64,000 bases of DNA from Candidatus Krumholzibacteriia bacterium (GCA_041484665.1 JBGPIA010000002.1:352001-416000); one strand, 5' to 3'; positions 19,134 through 29,028 are shown, numbered from the stretch's first letter. The notes: generated by a model not told the origin, from the letters alone. A program made the numbers and translations.

Positions 19134-19868
19134 TCACGGCCGCCACAGCGGATCGAACAGGGAATCGCCGGGGGCGGGCACGGCCTCGATCTGCCAGCGG
19201 ACCACCGCCCGCGCCGAGAGCTCCGTGCCTTCCACCGACAGCTCGCCGGGCAGCTGTCCGCAGGCCGTCGCCCGCAGATCGGAGAGCCGCGCGGCCATGC
19301 GCCGCACGTGGCCGCCGTGGTCGCGCCAGGCGAGCTCCGTCCAGGCCGGCGGGCCCGCGCCGCCGGGGCGTCCGCGCAGCGCCTTGTCGTCCATCCTTCC
19401 CCGCCATTCCTCGCCGCGGAGCTCCCACTGCGACGCCGACGCGCCCGGCAGGAGCCTCCCGAGCGCCAGCCATACGATCTGGGGGAGGCGGAACCCCGTG
19501 TCCGCCGTCTCAAGCACGCCGGGCTGCTGCCCCAGCATCGTCAGGCTGCCCGTGCGGCGATCGAGCACCATGGCCACGTCGGGGGTCCAGATCAGCACGT
19601 CGTCGCGGGGGCGCCCTTGCAGCTGGTAGCGCAGGTCGGCGCGCAGCCAGCCATCGCTGCGCAGCCAGGCCTCGATGGAAAGCGTCTGCCCCAGGCCCGG
19701 CAGCGGGCCGCGCGCCTCGCCCGTCACGCGCACCGCCCGCAGCGTATCGGCGCACGCCAGCCGCGGGGGCCCATCGACGCCGCTTGGGCGCAGATCGAGT
19801 GCGGGACGGGCGCATGCTGCCAGCAGCGCCACGGCCAGCCACCGCGGCGCGCCCCGCAGCGCGCGCAC
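19134..19868 (-). CDS. hypothetical lipoprotein, possibly LolB/DUF4292-like
   Basis: Lipobox LLAAC, beta-rich pattern, downstream of a TPR lipoprotein. Confidence 0.55.
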   Translation of the reverse strand: MRALRGAPRWLAVALLAACARPALDLRPSGVDGPPRLACADTLRAVRVTGEARGPLPGLGQTLSIEAWLRSDGWLRADLRYQLQGRPRDDVLIWTPDVAMVLDRRTGSLTMLGQQPGVLETADTGFRLPQIVWLALGRLLPGASASQWELRGEEWRGRMDDKALRGRPGGAGPPAWTELAWRDHGGHVRRMAARLSDLRATACGQLPGELSVEGTELSARAVVRWQIEAVPAPGDSLFDPLWRP

Positions 19869-19899
19869 GGCGCGGGCCGCCGCCAGCGCGCGGCGCAGC

Positions 19900-21786
19900 C
19901 TACGGACGATCCGGGAGATGGCTGCGGACCTCCTCGACCTTGGACGACAGCCGCGCGCGGTCTGCGCCCACCTTGACGGCGCGCTCGTAGCTGCGCTGGG
20001 CGTCTGCCCAGCGACGCAGCGCCGTCAGCGTGTCGCCCAGGTGCTCGAGGATCGTGGGGTCGTCCGCGAGGCGATTGCTGGCATCGATCAGCTTGCCCAG
20101 GGCGTCGTCGTAGCGCCCGAGGCGATAGTAGACCCAGCCCAGGCTGTCGAGGTAGGCGCCGTTGTCGGGCTCCTTCTCCAGCGCCTTCTGGACGAGCCCC
20201 AGCGCGCGCTCCAGCTCCCAGCCCTGCTCGGCGAGCAGGTAACCGCAGAAGTTGAGGACGTGCGCATCCTCGGGATCGACCTGCACCAGCCGCTCCAGCA
20301 CATCGGCGGCCGCGCGGTAGTCCTTCTGCGCCTCCAGCGCCACGGCGAGGTCGTAGAGCGCGCCCCTGTCCTTGGGGGCGAGCTCCACGGCCCGGCGCAG
20401 GTACACGACCGCGTCGCCCGAACGCCCGCTGCGCCGCAGCAGCGCTCCCAGCAGGTAGTTCTGCCGGAAGCTGGTGGAGTCGGCCAGCCCTCTGGCCTGG
20501 TCCAGCATGCTGTCGAAGTCCTGTTTCTCCGGCGCATCGACCTGCGCCTCGCCACCCAACAGTGCGGGGTGGCGGCGGCTGCGCGCCAGCAGCAGGCTCA
20601 CCAGCGCGTCCCCGCTGCGGGGATCCTGGCGCACGGCGCGGGTCAGCAGCTGCTCGGCCGTCTCGAATTCGCGGCGCTCCAGGGCGATCTCCCCTGCCAT
20701 GCGCAGCACCAGGGGTCCATCGAACCCGTCGCCGAGCAGACGCTGGGCGACGCCCCAGGCTTCGTCGATGCGGTCGGTGCGCACCAGCAGGTCGGTGAGC
20801 AGGAGTTGGCTCTGCCAGCCGAGTTGGCTTGCCTGCTGCAGTGGCATCAGCAGATCGACCGCCTCGCCGTACCGCTCGCGCGCCACGTAGAGCTCCGCCA
20901 ACGCCAGGCGGTGCACGGTTTGCTGTGGCGTGCGTCGGACCAGGTCCTCCAGCAGCGACAGCGCGTCGTCCTGACGCTCGGTGGTACGGAGCCGCTCCAC
21001 CAGCAGCTGCGCGGCGTTCTCGCGCGCGGGATCCTCCGCGAGCGCCTGGCGCAGACGCCGCTCGCCCTCCTGCGCATTTCCAGCGCGCAGCTGGAGCGCG
21101 CCCAGCTGCTCCAGCAGCAGCCCGTCGTTGGGATGGAGCTCCACGAGCTGCTCGAGCACCGCGGCCGCCTCCGTCAGCTGCCCTTTGGAGACCAGCGCCT
21201 GCGCGCGCAGACGCAGCGCGTCTTCGTCCCGCGGGCGGGCGGCCTCCAGTTGCTGCGCCAGCTCCAGGGCGCCGTCGAAGTCGTCCATGGACAGCAGGAT
21301 CTGACCGCGCTGCAGCGCGAGCGAACCATCGTCGGGATGGGCCAGCTGCAGCCGCGCGAGGAGCGCCAGCGCCACGCGCGGCTGCCCCGCGCGCAGGGCA
21401 GACTCGACGGTGCGCTGGCCGACCGCGCGATCGGTGGGGTCCTGCTCGAAGGCGAACTGGTAGTAGGTGAACGCCGCCGCGTGGTCGCCCGCCGCGTCCA
21501 GCGCCCCGGCCAGAAGCAGCGCGGTCGGGACGTTTTCGGGAACTCCGCGGGTGAACCGCCGGGCGGCCGCCGAGTCGGCGGGCGCCGCCGCGGCGGCGGT
21601 GGTCTCGCCGTGCACCGCAGCGCCCGGCCGGTGCGCGGCGGCTCCCGCGCAGCCGGCCGCGAGCAGAGCCAGCGTGGCCAAGGCTACCAGCGCCAACGCG
21701 GCCGCCAGCGCTGCCGCAGGGCACAGCGCGCCGCGCTGGCAGCGGTGCAGGGCCGAGCGGGCCGGGGCATGCCGCGCGCCTCGCAT
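19900..21786 (-). CDS. TPR-repeat lipoprotein
   Basis: Lipobox LAAGC, many TPRs, C-terminal AHVLNFCGY...AYLDSLGWVYYRLG...ILEHLGD. Confidence 0.88.
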   Translation of the reverse strand: MRGARHAPARSALHRCQRGALCPAAALAAALALVALATLALLAAGCAGAAAHRPGAAVHGETTAAAAAPADSAAARRFTRGVPENVPTALLLAGALDAAGDHAAAFTYYQFAFEQDPTDRAVGQRTVESALRAGQPRVALALLARLQLAHPDDGSLALQRGQILLSMDDFDGALELAQQLEAARPRDEDALRLRAQALVSKGQLTEAAAVLEQLVELHPNDGLLLEQLGALQLRAGNAQEGERRLRQALAEDPARENAAQLLVERLRTTERQDDALSLLEDLVRRTPQQTVHRLALAELYVARERYGEAVDLLMPLQQASQLGWQSQLLLTDLLVRTDRIDEAWGVAQRLLGDGFDGPLVLRMAGEIALERREFETAEQLLTRAVRQDPRSGDALVSLLLARSRRHPALLGGEAQVDAPEKQDFDSMLDQARGLADSTSFRQNYLLGALLRRSGRSGDAVVYLRRAVELAPKDRGALYDLAVALEAQKDYRAAADVLERLVQVDPEDAHVLNFCGYLLAEQGWELERALGLVQKALEKEPDNGAYLDSLGWVYYRLGRYDDALGKLIDASNRLADDPTILEHLGDTLTALRRWADAQRSYERAVKVGADRARLSSKVEEVRSHLPDRP

Positions 21787-21787
21787 G

Positions 21788-22309
21788 TCAGGAGCCCTTC
21801 CCCGACGCGTCCCTGCCGGTCAGGTCGCAGTCGGTGGGCGGACGGACCAGGATCTGGAGCGCATGGGGCAGCACGTCCGCGATCGCCGCGAGCGTTTGGA
21901 GCGCCGCCTGCGGGCTGCCGGGGAGATTGATCACGAGGGTCGCGTTGCGCGTCACGGCCACACCGCGGCCCAGCGCCGCGAGCGGCGTCTGCTGCGCGCA
22001 GCGCTGGCGCGCCAGCTCCATCAGCCCGGGGACCTGACGGTGGGCCACGCGCAGGGTCGCCTCGGGGGTCAGATCGCGCGGTGCGAGCCCCGTGCCGCCC
22101 GTGGTGACCACCAGGTGGGCGGCGCCGCGGTCGCACAGGTCCGCAAGCAGCCCGGCGACGGGCTCCACGCCGTCGGACACGACGTCCTGGCCCGCGACCG
22201 TGAAGCCCAGCTCGCGCAGGCGCTGGGCGAGCGCGGGACCTGACATATCCTCGCGCGCTCGCGCCGCCGCGCGATCACTCACGGTCACGACCCACGCAGT
22301 GAGGTCCAT
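21788..22309 (-). CDS. mog: MogA/MoaB family molybdopterin adenylyltransferase (alternative TTG start 22366)
   Basis: VTVSDR, EDMSGP, VTTGGTGLAPRDLTPEAT, INLPGSP. Confidence 0.92.
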   Translation of the reverse strand: MDLTAWVVTVSDRAAARAREDMSGPALAQRLRELGFTVAGQDVVSDGVEPVAGLLADLCDRGAAHLVVTTGGTGLAPRDLTPEATLRVAHRQVPGLMELARQRCAQQTPLAALGRGVAVTRNATLVINLPGSPQAALQTLAAIADVLPHALQILVRPPTDCDLTGRDASGKGS

Positions 22310-22362
22310 GGACTTGGGTCCGGGCAGGGGGGCTGGGGATTGCGGCGGGGAAGCGCAGTCGT

Positions 22363-22851
22363 TCAAGGCTTGCGCTTGCCGCCACTCATGAGCGCCTCAT
22401 AGGCGCGGTCCAGGTGCATCAGCTCCTCCTCGCTCGCGCTCCCGCCCGACTGCAGCACCTGGCTGTACTGCTCCTCGAAATAGCGGCACAGGAACACGTT
22501 CTTCTGCTCGATCTGCTCCTCAAGATAGCGGATCGCCTGGGCGCGCGCCCTCTGGAAGGTCTCGTCCTCGTCCCGGCCGGTCACGTTGTAGACGTAGTCG
22601 CGCAGCAGGCCGCGCCAGTACTCCTCCGTGCGCCCCCCGTTGTCGAAAGCGCAGCCCGGCACGTCGATCAAGAAGCAGTAACCGCGGAAGAAATAGCTGC
22701 AGTAGAGCATTCCCTGCAGGAAATGCCTGCGGTGGCAGGTCTCCCCGCAGGCGGTGAACCCACAGGGGAGCGCGCAGATGTCGCACAGCTCCTCGGGCCG
22801 CGGCCCGTGGATAAAGTGCGTGTTGACAGGCGGTTTGGTGGGCTTGGTCAC
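22363..22851 (-). CDS. Cys-rich hypothetical protein (162 aa)
   Basis: 3' part of track ORF 22363..23826 from GTG 22851; strong GC3 codon bias and normal amino-acid composition; fills the rnc-mog gap; 9 Cys. Confidence 0.75.
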   Translation of the reverse strand: MTKPTKPPVNTHFIHGPRPEELCDICALPCGFTACGETCHRRHFLQGMLYCSYFFRGYCFLIDVPGCAFDNGGRTEEYWRGLLRDYVYNVTGRDEDETFQRARAQAIRYLEEQIEQKNVFLCRYFEEQYSQVLQSGGSASEEELMHLDRAYEALMSGGKRKP

Positions 22852-22916
22852 GGGCGCTCCCACGGGGTGGAGTTGCCCCGTCGGGGCTGCATGGCCCATG
22901 CCAGCGATCCTGTGGC

Positions 22917-23750
22917 CTACTCCTGGGATGGAGCGAGCGTGTCCGGGAGCTCCTCCAGGCGGGTCAAGGCAGTCTCGGCCGCGCGCTGCTCTGCCTGCTT
23001 CTTGCTCGCTCCGGTGCCCACGCCCAGCACCGTGCCCTTGAGGGTGACCTTCACCGTGAAGCGGCGCGCGTGGTCGGGCCCGGTCGTGTAGCTCACCTTG
23101 TAGCGGGGCGGGATCTTGTAGCGCGCTTGCAGCTTCTCCTGGAGCAGGCTCTTGTAGTTGCGGCGTGTGCGCTCCTGGATCGTCTCGTTGACGTTGACCA
23201 GCACTTGAGTGCGGATCAGCTCCGCCGCGGCCTCCAGTCCCCCGTCGAGGTAGACCGCGCCGATCACGGCCTCCATGGCATCGGCCAGGATCGAGTCGCG
23301 CTTGCGTCCGCCGGTGCCCGCTTCGCTGCGCGACAACAGCAGGTACTCCCCCAGCCCCACGCGCAGGGCGATCTTGCTCAGCGTCGATCCGCACACCAGG
23401 AGCGACTTGATCTTGGTGAGGTCCCCCTCCTCCTTGTCCAGGAAGCGGCGGTACAGGAATTCGTTGACCACCATCCCCAGGACCGAGTCCCCGAGAAACT
23501 CGAGGCGTTCGTTGCTCTCGAGTCGCTCCATGCCGGTGACGTGCACGTGGGAGCGATGGGTGACCGCTTGGCGCAGCAGGTCGGGGTTGCGGAAGCGGTA
23601 GCCCAGCTTCGACTCGAGCGCCGTCTGGCCGGGCATCGTCTGCGGCGGCCGGCGGCCGGGGCGGAGCAAACCAGAGAGGAAGCGTGGCAGCCAGCCGAGG
23701 CCGACACCCGGAAGCCTGCGTGCGGACATCGGCTGGCTCCCGCTCGTCAT
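22917..23750 (-). CDS. rnc: ribonuclease III
   Basis: NERLEFLGDSVLG, DAMEAVIGAVYLD, dsRBD NYKSLLQE...SKKQAEQRAA; GGAGG RBS. Confidence 0.97.
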   Translation of the reverse strand: MTSGSQPMSARRLPGVGLGWLPRFLSGLLRPGRRPPQTMPGQTALESKLGYRFRNPDLLRQAVTHRSHVHVTGMERLESNERLEFLGDSVLGMVVNEFLYRRFLDKEEGDLTKIKSLLVCGSTLSKIALRVGLGEYLLLSRSEAGTGGRKRDSILADAMEAVIGAVYLDGGLEAAAELIRTQVLVNVNETIQERTRRNYKSLLQEKLQARYKIPPRYKVSYTTGPDHARRFTVKVTLKGTVLGVGTGASKKQAEQRAAETALTRLEELPDTLAPSQE

Positions 23751-23782
23751 GCCACCTCCGGAACCGCAACCAAGCGGTGGGC

Positions 23783-25021
23783 TCAGGGCGTGAAGTGTCG
23801 GAGGACCAAAGACACGTTGTGTCCACCGAAGCCGAAGCTGTTGCTCAGGGCGACGTCGACCGGCAGGTCGGCCGCGCGGTTGGCGATGAAGTCCAGGTCA
23901 CAGTCGGGATCGGGCTCGAACTGGTTGATCGTCGGCGGGACCTTGCCGTGCTGGATCGCCAGGGCGCAGATCACCGTCTCGAGCCCGCCGGCGGCGCCCA
24001 GCAGGTGTCCGGTCATGGATTTCGTGGACCCCACCTTGAGACGGTGCGCGTGCTCGCCGAACACCGCCTTGATGGCCTGCACCTCGCCCTTGTCGTTGAG
24101 CGGGGTAGAGGTGCCGTGGGCGTTGATGTACTGGACCTGCGCGGGCTCGACGCTGGCCATCTCCAGCGCCATGCGCATGGCGCGGATTGCGCCCTCCCCA
24201 TCCGCGCACGGTGCGGTGATGTGATACGCGTCGGCGGTCATCCCGAAGCCTGCGACCTCGGCCAGGATATGCGCGCCGCGCGCGACCGCGCTCTCGGCCG
24301 CCTCCAGGACGACGATGCCGGCCCCCTCGCCGATCACGAACCCGTCACGCCCCTTGTCGAACGGGCGGCTGGCGGTCGCGGGGTCGTCATTGCGCGCGGA
24401 GAGCGCCTTCATGCTGGCGAAGCCGGCGATCGCCATGGGCGTGATCGTAGCCTCCGTCCCACCGCACACCACGGCGTCGGCGACGCCGCTGGCGATGAGC
24501 AGCGCCGCATCGGCCACGGCGTTGGCCCCCGAGGCGCAGGCCGACACGGTGCAGTAGTTGGGCCCTTTGAGCCCATGGCGGATGGACACCAGCCCGCCGG
24601 CCATGTCGCCGATCATCATCGGGATGAAGAACGGGCTCACGCGCGATGGTCCGCGCTCCAGCAGCACCCGATGCTGCTCCTCGTAGATGACCATGCCGCC
24701 GATGCCGCTGCCGATGATGACCCCGATCCGGTCGGGCGCATCCAGCGGCAGCTCACTGGTGCGGATCGCCTCCTCGGCCGCCACGACGGCGAACTGGGTG
24801 AAGCGATCCATCTTGCGGGCCTCCTTCACGTCGACGTGGCGCGAAGGATCCCAGTCCTTGACCTCGCAGGCGAAGCGGGTGCGATACCCCTCGGTGTCGA
24901 AGAGGGTGATGGCGCTCGCGCCCGAGCGGCCCTCCAACAGGGCCGCCCAAGTGTCGGGCACGGTGTGCCCGAGCGGTGAGACGACACCGCAGCCCGTGAT
25001 GACGACGCGTCGACCGAACAC
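23783..25021 (-). CDS. fabF: beta-ketoacyl-ACP synthase II
   Basis: RRVVITGCG, SACASG, NAHGTST, KSMTGHLLGAAG, SNSFGFGGHN. Confidence 0.97.
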   Translation of the reverse strand: MFGRRVVITGCGVVSPLGHTVPDTWAALLEGRSGASAITLFDTEGYRTRFACEVKDWDPSRHVDVKEARKMDRFTQFAVVAAEEAIRTSELPLDAPDRIGVIIGSGIGGMVIYEEQHRVLLERGPSRVSPFFIPMMIGDMAGGLVSIRHGLKGPNYCTVSACASGANAVADAALLIASGVADAVVCGGTEATITPMAIAGFASMKALSARNDDPATASRPFDKGRDGFVIGEGAGIVVLEAAESAVARGAHILAEVAGFGMTADAYHITAPCADGEGAIRAMRMALEMASVEPAQVQYINAHGTSTPLNDKGEVQAIKAVFGEHAHRLKVGSTKSMTGHLLGAAGGLETVICALAIQHGKVPPTINQFEPDPDCDLDFIANRAADLPVDVALSNSFGFGGHNVSLVLRHFTP

Positions 25022-25042
25022 GCCCGACGTCCTCGGCAAGGG

Positions 25043-25291
25043 CTAGGCTTTCGACTTCTCGTCCAGGCGGCCCTTCAAGTAGGAGACCGCCTCGCCGACG
25101 GTGCGCATCTTCTCGGCGTCCTCGTCGGGGATGTCGATCTCGAACTTGTCCTCGAAATCCATCACCAGCTCCACCTGGTCGAGGGAATCCGCGCCCAGAT
25201 CGTCGATGAACGACGCCTCGGGCGTGATCTGCTCGGCGTTCACGCCGAGCTTGTCCTCGATGATCTTCTTGACCTCGGCTTCGATCGACAC
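25043..25291 (-). CDS. acpP: acyl carrier protein
   Basis: [22 protein letters not shown]. Confidence 0.97.
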   Translation of the reverse strand: MSIEAEVKKIIEDKLGVNAEQITPEASFIDDLGADSLDQVELVMDFEDKFEIDIPDEDAEKMRTVGEAVSYLKGRLDEKSKA

Positions 25292-25395
25292 GATTACAAC
25301 CTCCGCTGCGTTTGCGGGCTCCCCGCGCAGGCTGCCTTGCCCGCTGCCGCACGGTCGGCGGCGGAGCCACAGTTCGCCGGCTCCGCAGGCGCCGG

Positions 25396-26136
25396 TCAGC
25401 CCATCACCATACCGCCATCACAGTTGATGACCTGCCCCGTGAGATAGGCGGCGTCCTCTCCGAGCAGGAATGAAACCACGCCCGCCACGTCGTCGCCCGT
25501 GCCCAATCGTCGGAGGGGGATCCGCTCCGTCAGCTCCTTGATCGCGCTCTCGGGCAACCCGCGCGTCATCGCCGTGTCGATCAACCCGGGGGCGACGGCA
25601 TTCACCGTCACCGCGCGCCCGGCTAGCTCGCGCGCCACCGACATGGTCAGCCCGATCAGGCCAGCCTTGCTCGCCGCGTAGTTGGCCTGGCCCGCGTTGC
25701 CGGTCTGCCCAATCACCGACGTTACGTTGACGATCCGTCCTCCCCGCGCGCGCATCATGATCGGCGCTACGGCGCGGATGAAATTGAACGCACCATCGAG
25801 ATTCGTCCGCAGGACCTCACGCCACTGCTCGTGCGTCATGCGTACCAGCAGCGCGTCGCGCGCAACGCCGGCGTTGTTCACCAGCGCGTCGACCCGCCCA
25901 AAGCGCGCGAGGACCATCTCGACGGTCTGGCCCGCCGCCTGCGGGTCGCCCACATCGCAGGCATAGACCTCGACGGTTCCCTGGGCAGCCGGGAGACTGT
26001 GGGCCACCTCGGCCAGCGCGTCTGCGCGGCGCGCCACCAGCGCGAGGCCCCACCCCTCCCGTGCCAGGCGGGCCGCGATGGCGGAGCCGATCCCCTGGCT
26101 CGCCCCGGTCACGATGGCGAGCCTGCCGCCCGGCAT
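25396..26136 (-). CDS. fabG: 3-oxoacyl-ACP reductase
   Basis: [21 protein letters not shown]; located in the fab cluster. Confidence 0.95.
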   Translation of the reverse strand: MPGGRLAIVTGASQGIGSAIAARLAREGWGLALVARRADALAEVAHSLPAAQGTVEVYACDVGDPQAAGQTVEMVLARFGRVDALVNNAGVARDALLVRMTHEQWREVLRTNLDGAFNFIRAVAPIMMRARGGRIVNVTSVIGQTGNAGQANYAASKAGLIGLTMSVARELAGRAVTVNAVAPGLIDTAMTRGLPESAIKELTERIPLRRLGTGDDVAGVVSFLLGEDAAYLTGQVINCDGGMVMG

Positions 26137-26220
26137 CCCTGGCACCCTGTAACCTTCTAACCCGTTGAAGTCATTGCAGCTGAAGCGACCGCCCGGGCGG
26201 CCCCCCCGCTGCGCCCATTG

Positions 26221-27177
26221 TTACCGCCTGCCCCCAAGGGTGGCAAGCACTTTTTCCACCCCTTCGACGTCGGAAGTGCTATGGAATCGGGCAGTTCGGT
26301 AGCTGCGGGCCCCTAGGTTCGCCAGCACGTTGCCCGGCCCCACCTCCACGAAGTCCTCGACTCCGTCCTCGATCATGCGCCCCACAGACTCGTGCCAGCG
26401 GACCGGCGCCACCAGCTGCTGCACGAATCCGGAGCGCAGCTCCAAGGCCTCCAGCACCGGTCGGGCGGAGACGTTCGCCACGACCGGGGCGGTGGCATCT
26501 CTCAGCGGGACCGGCTGCAGTAGGGCGGCGAACTCCGCCTGCACCACCGCCATGAGTGGGGAATGGAATGCCCCGCTCACAGGAAGCGGCATGACTCTGC
26601 GCGCCCCGGCCGCCTTGAGCGGCTCCGCCGCGCACTCGATCGCCGTCACGTCGCCGGAGATCACAACCTGGTCGGAACTGTTGTGATTGGCCACGACGAC
26701 GACCCCCACCCCCTGCTCGCTCACGCGCGCGCAGACCTCCGCGATGCGGCCGGCATCCAATCCGAGCACCGCCGCCATCGTCCCGGGCGCGCGCTGGCCT
26801 GCTTCCCACATGAGCTCTCCACGGCGGCGGACGATGCGCAGAGCATCCTGCGGGGTCAACGCCTCCACTACAGCCGCGGCGCTGAACTCACCCAGGCTGT
26901 GGCCCGCCACCAGCGCGGGGCTCAGCGCGCCGCGCTCGCGCAACACGGCGGCCACGGCCAGGCTGTGCAGCAGGATCGCCGGTTGCGCGTTGCGTGTCTG
27001 CGTCAGCTCGTCCATCGGGCCGTCGAAGCAGAGCCGCGCCAGGTCGAAGCCCAGCACGCGGGCGACGCCGCGGAACACGGCGTCGGCCTCTGGGTAGTGT
27101 GCGCACAGGTCCACCCCCATGCCGACCCGTTGGCTGCCCTGGCCGGGGAACAGGAAGCCGATCTTGCCGGCGCTCAC
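26221..27177 (-). CDS. fabD: malonyl-CoA:ACP transacylase
   Basis: FPGQGSQ, GHSLGE, VSGAFHS; GTG start overlaps the plsX stop. Confidence 0.96.
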   Translation of the reverse strand: MSAGKIGFLFPGQGSQRVGMGVDLCAHYPEADAVFRGVARVLGFDLARLCFDGPMDELTQTRNAQPAILLHSLAVAAVLRERGALSPALVAGHSLGEFSAAAVVEALTPQDALRIVRRRGELMWEAGQRAPGTMAAVLGLDAGRIAEVCARVSEQGVGVVVVANHNSSDQVVISGDVTAIECAAEPLKAAGARRVMPLPVSGAFHSPLMAVVQAEFAALLQPVPLRDATAPVVANVSARPVLEALELRSGFVQQLVAPVRWHESVGRMIEDGVEDFVEVGPGNVLANLGARSYRTARFHSTSDVEGVEKVLATLGGRR

Positions 27178-28244
27178 GAGGGAGCCCCCTCGCGCGCCGG
27201 ACGCGGCGGGCTTTCCGCGGGTGCGAGCGCCCCTTCGCGCTCCAGCTCCTCGTGGATCCGCTCGTCGATCCGGTCGCGCACCGCGCGCAGCGCCACATGC
27301 ACGCCGTTGGAGACGGCGTGAGTACTGCTGCTGCCGTGGCAGATTACCGTCACCCGCTGGCAGCCCAGCAGTGGCGCACCGCCGTACTCGGCGTAGTCGA
27401 AGCGCCGGCGCCAGCGGCGCAGCGCGCGACGCAGGAACCAGAGGCCCGCCCGCGACGTGAAGTCCTTGCGCGACGCGCCGTGGATTCCCTCTTCCCAGAA
27501 GGGAACGAAGCCTTCGATCATCTTGAGCACGACGTTGCCCACGAACCCGTCGGTGACCACGACATCGGCGGCACCCTCGAACAGGTCGCGCCCCTCGAGG
27601 TTGCCGATGAATCCCGGCGTGTGCTCGGCCAGGAGCTTGTGCGCCTCCTGCGAGAGCTCGTTGCCCTTGCTGGGCTCCTCGCCGATGTTGAGCAGGCCGA
27701 CCCGGGGCAAGGACTTGCCGAGCACCGATTGCGCGTAGATGCGCCCCATGGCCGCGTACTGGAGCAGGTGCAGCGGCTTGCAGTCCGAGTTCGCGCCGAC
27801 GTCGATCAAGAGCCCCGTACCGCGCCGCGTGGGAAACACCGAAGCGATCCCGGGGCGGGCCACGCCGGGCAGACGCCCGACCAAGAGCAGCGCGCCCGCC
27901 ACGACTGCGCCCGTACTGCCCGCCGAGACGAACGCGTCGACCTTCCCGTCCTTCATCATCTGGCACCCCACGACGATGCTCGAGTCCGGCTTGCGCCGAA
28001 TCGCCGTCGCGGGCGCCTCACACATGTCGATGTTCTGGGGGGCGTGGACCAGCTCGACGTCGCCGGGCCGGGCGCCGCAGCTAGCGAGCGCGGCCTCGAC
28101 CCGCGGCTGGTCTCCGATCAGGACGATCCGCGCGCGGCCCGCCACCTGGCGCGCGGCGGACAGCGCGCCAGGGACGACCACGGCGGGACCGTGGTCCCCG
28201 CCCATGGCGTCCACTGCGATGCGGGATGGGGACCGCGCGTCCAC
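27174..28244 (-). CDS. plsX: phosphate acyltransferase PlsX
   Basis: IAVDAMGGDHGP, SAGSTGA, LLNIGEEPSKGN, DGFVGNVVLK. Confidence 0.96.
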   Translation of the reverse strand: MDARSPSRIAVDAMGGDHGPAVVVPGALSAARQVAGRARIVLIGDQPRVEAALASCGARPGDVELVHAPQNIDMCEAPATAIRRKPDSSIVVGCQMMKDGKVDAFVSAGSTGAVVAGALLLVGRLPGVARPGIASVFPTRRGTGLLIDVGANSDCKPLHLLQYAAMGRIYAQSVLGKSLPRVGLLNIGEEPSKGNELSQEAHKLLAEHTPGFIGNLEGRDLFEGAADVVVTDGFVGNVVLKMIEGFVPFWEEGIHGASRKDFTSRAGLWFLRRALRRWRRRFDYAEYGGAPLLGCQRVTVICHGSSSTHAVSNGVHVALRAVRDRIDERIHEELEREGALAPAESPPRPAREGAPS

Positions 28245-28256
28245 GGCCGGGACACT

Positions 28257-28436
28257 CTACTCGGAGGGCTCGACGACCATCCGGTCTCCATAGTACCCGC
28301 ACGACGCACACACCCGGTGGGGCTTGCGCGGCGCGCCGCAGCGCGAGCACTTGTCGAGATTGGGCGTGGTCAGCTTCCAGTGGGTCCGGCGCTTGCGCTT
28401 GCGGGCCTTGCCGGTGCGTCGCTTCGGTACTGCCAT
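28257..28436 (-). CDS. rpmF: 50S ribosomal protein L32 (zinc-ribbon type)
   Basis: MAVPKRRTGKARKRKRRTHWK...CSRC...HRVCASCGYY; GGAGGAG RBS. Confidence 0.96.
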   Translation of the reverse strand: MAVPKRRTGKARKRKRRTHWKLTTPNLDKCSRCGAPRKPHRVCASCGYYGDRMVVEPSE

Positions 28437-28474
28437 GACTCCTCCAGCCAGATCGTGCGAGTTCGTGCGCCGTC

Positions 28475-28981
28475 TCAGGGCGCGTGTCTGCGCAAGCGCG
28501 CGAGATCGTCCCACGGGTCGTCCGGCGGGTGCGCCGCGCAGGAGCAGGGACCGGCGTTGAGGTCCTTGCCGCAGCGCGAGCACAGCCCCTTGCAGTCCTC
28601 GCGGCAGAGCGCCCGCTGTGGCTCCGCCAGGACCACCGCCTCGGCCAGCTGCGCGTCCAACCGGACGACGCCACCGGGCGCGGCGACCATCCACGCGTCC
28701 TCCGCCGCGAGCCGCAGCTCGGTGGTGGAAGGATGGCGCAGGATCAGCACCTCGACCTCGGCCGTGAAGCGCTGTCGGAACTCGTCGGTGCAGCGATCGC
28801 AGGCGGCCGTGCGCTCCGCCTCGAAGCTGCCGCGCAGCAGCACCTGCTGCTCCATCGCGTCCACGGCGAGCGTGCCGCGAACCCGCGCCTCATACGCCTG
28901 CAGCCCCTGGCTGATCGTCAGGCTCGAGTCGAGCTCGACCGCGGATCGCCCCGGGGGCAGCCGGTCCAGATGGAGTTCCAC
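28475..28981 (-). CDS. DUF177/YceD family protein
   Basis: CDRC and LCREDCKGLCSRCG motifs; canonical position upstream of rpmF. Confidence 0.9.
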   Translation of the reverse strand: MELHLDRLPPGRSAVELDSSLTISQGLQAYEARVRGTLAVDAMEQQVLLRGSFEAERTAACDRCTDEFRQRFTAEVEVLILRHPSTTELRLAAEDAWMVAAPGGVVRLDAQLAEAVVLAEPQRALCREDCKGLCSRCGKDLNAGPCSCAAHPPDDPWDDLARLRRHAP

Positions 28982-29000
28982 GTGCAGCCAGGATCGCTTG

Positions 29001-29028
29001 AAGGTAGCAGGTGGCACGGGCCTGTCAA
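29001..29028 (-). promoter_or_regulatory. sigma-70-type promoter for the yceD-rpmF-plsX-fab operon
   Basis: Minus strand TTGACA-N16-TACCTT with TGn extended -10. Confidence 0.55.
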
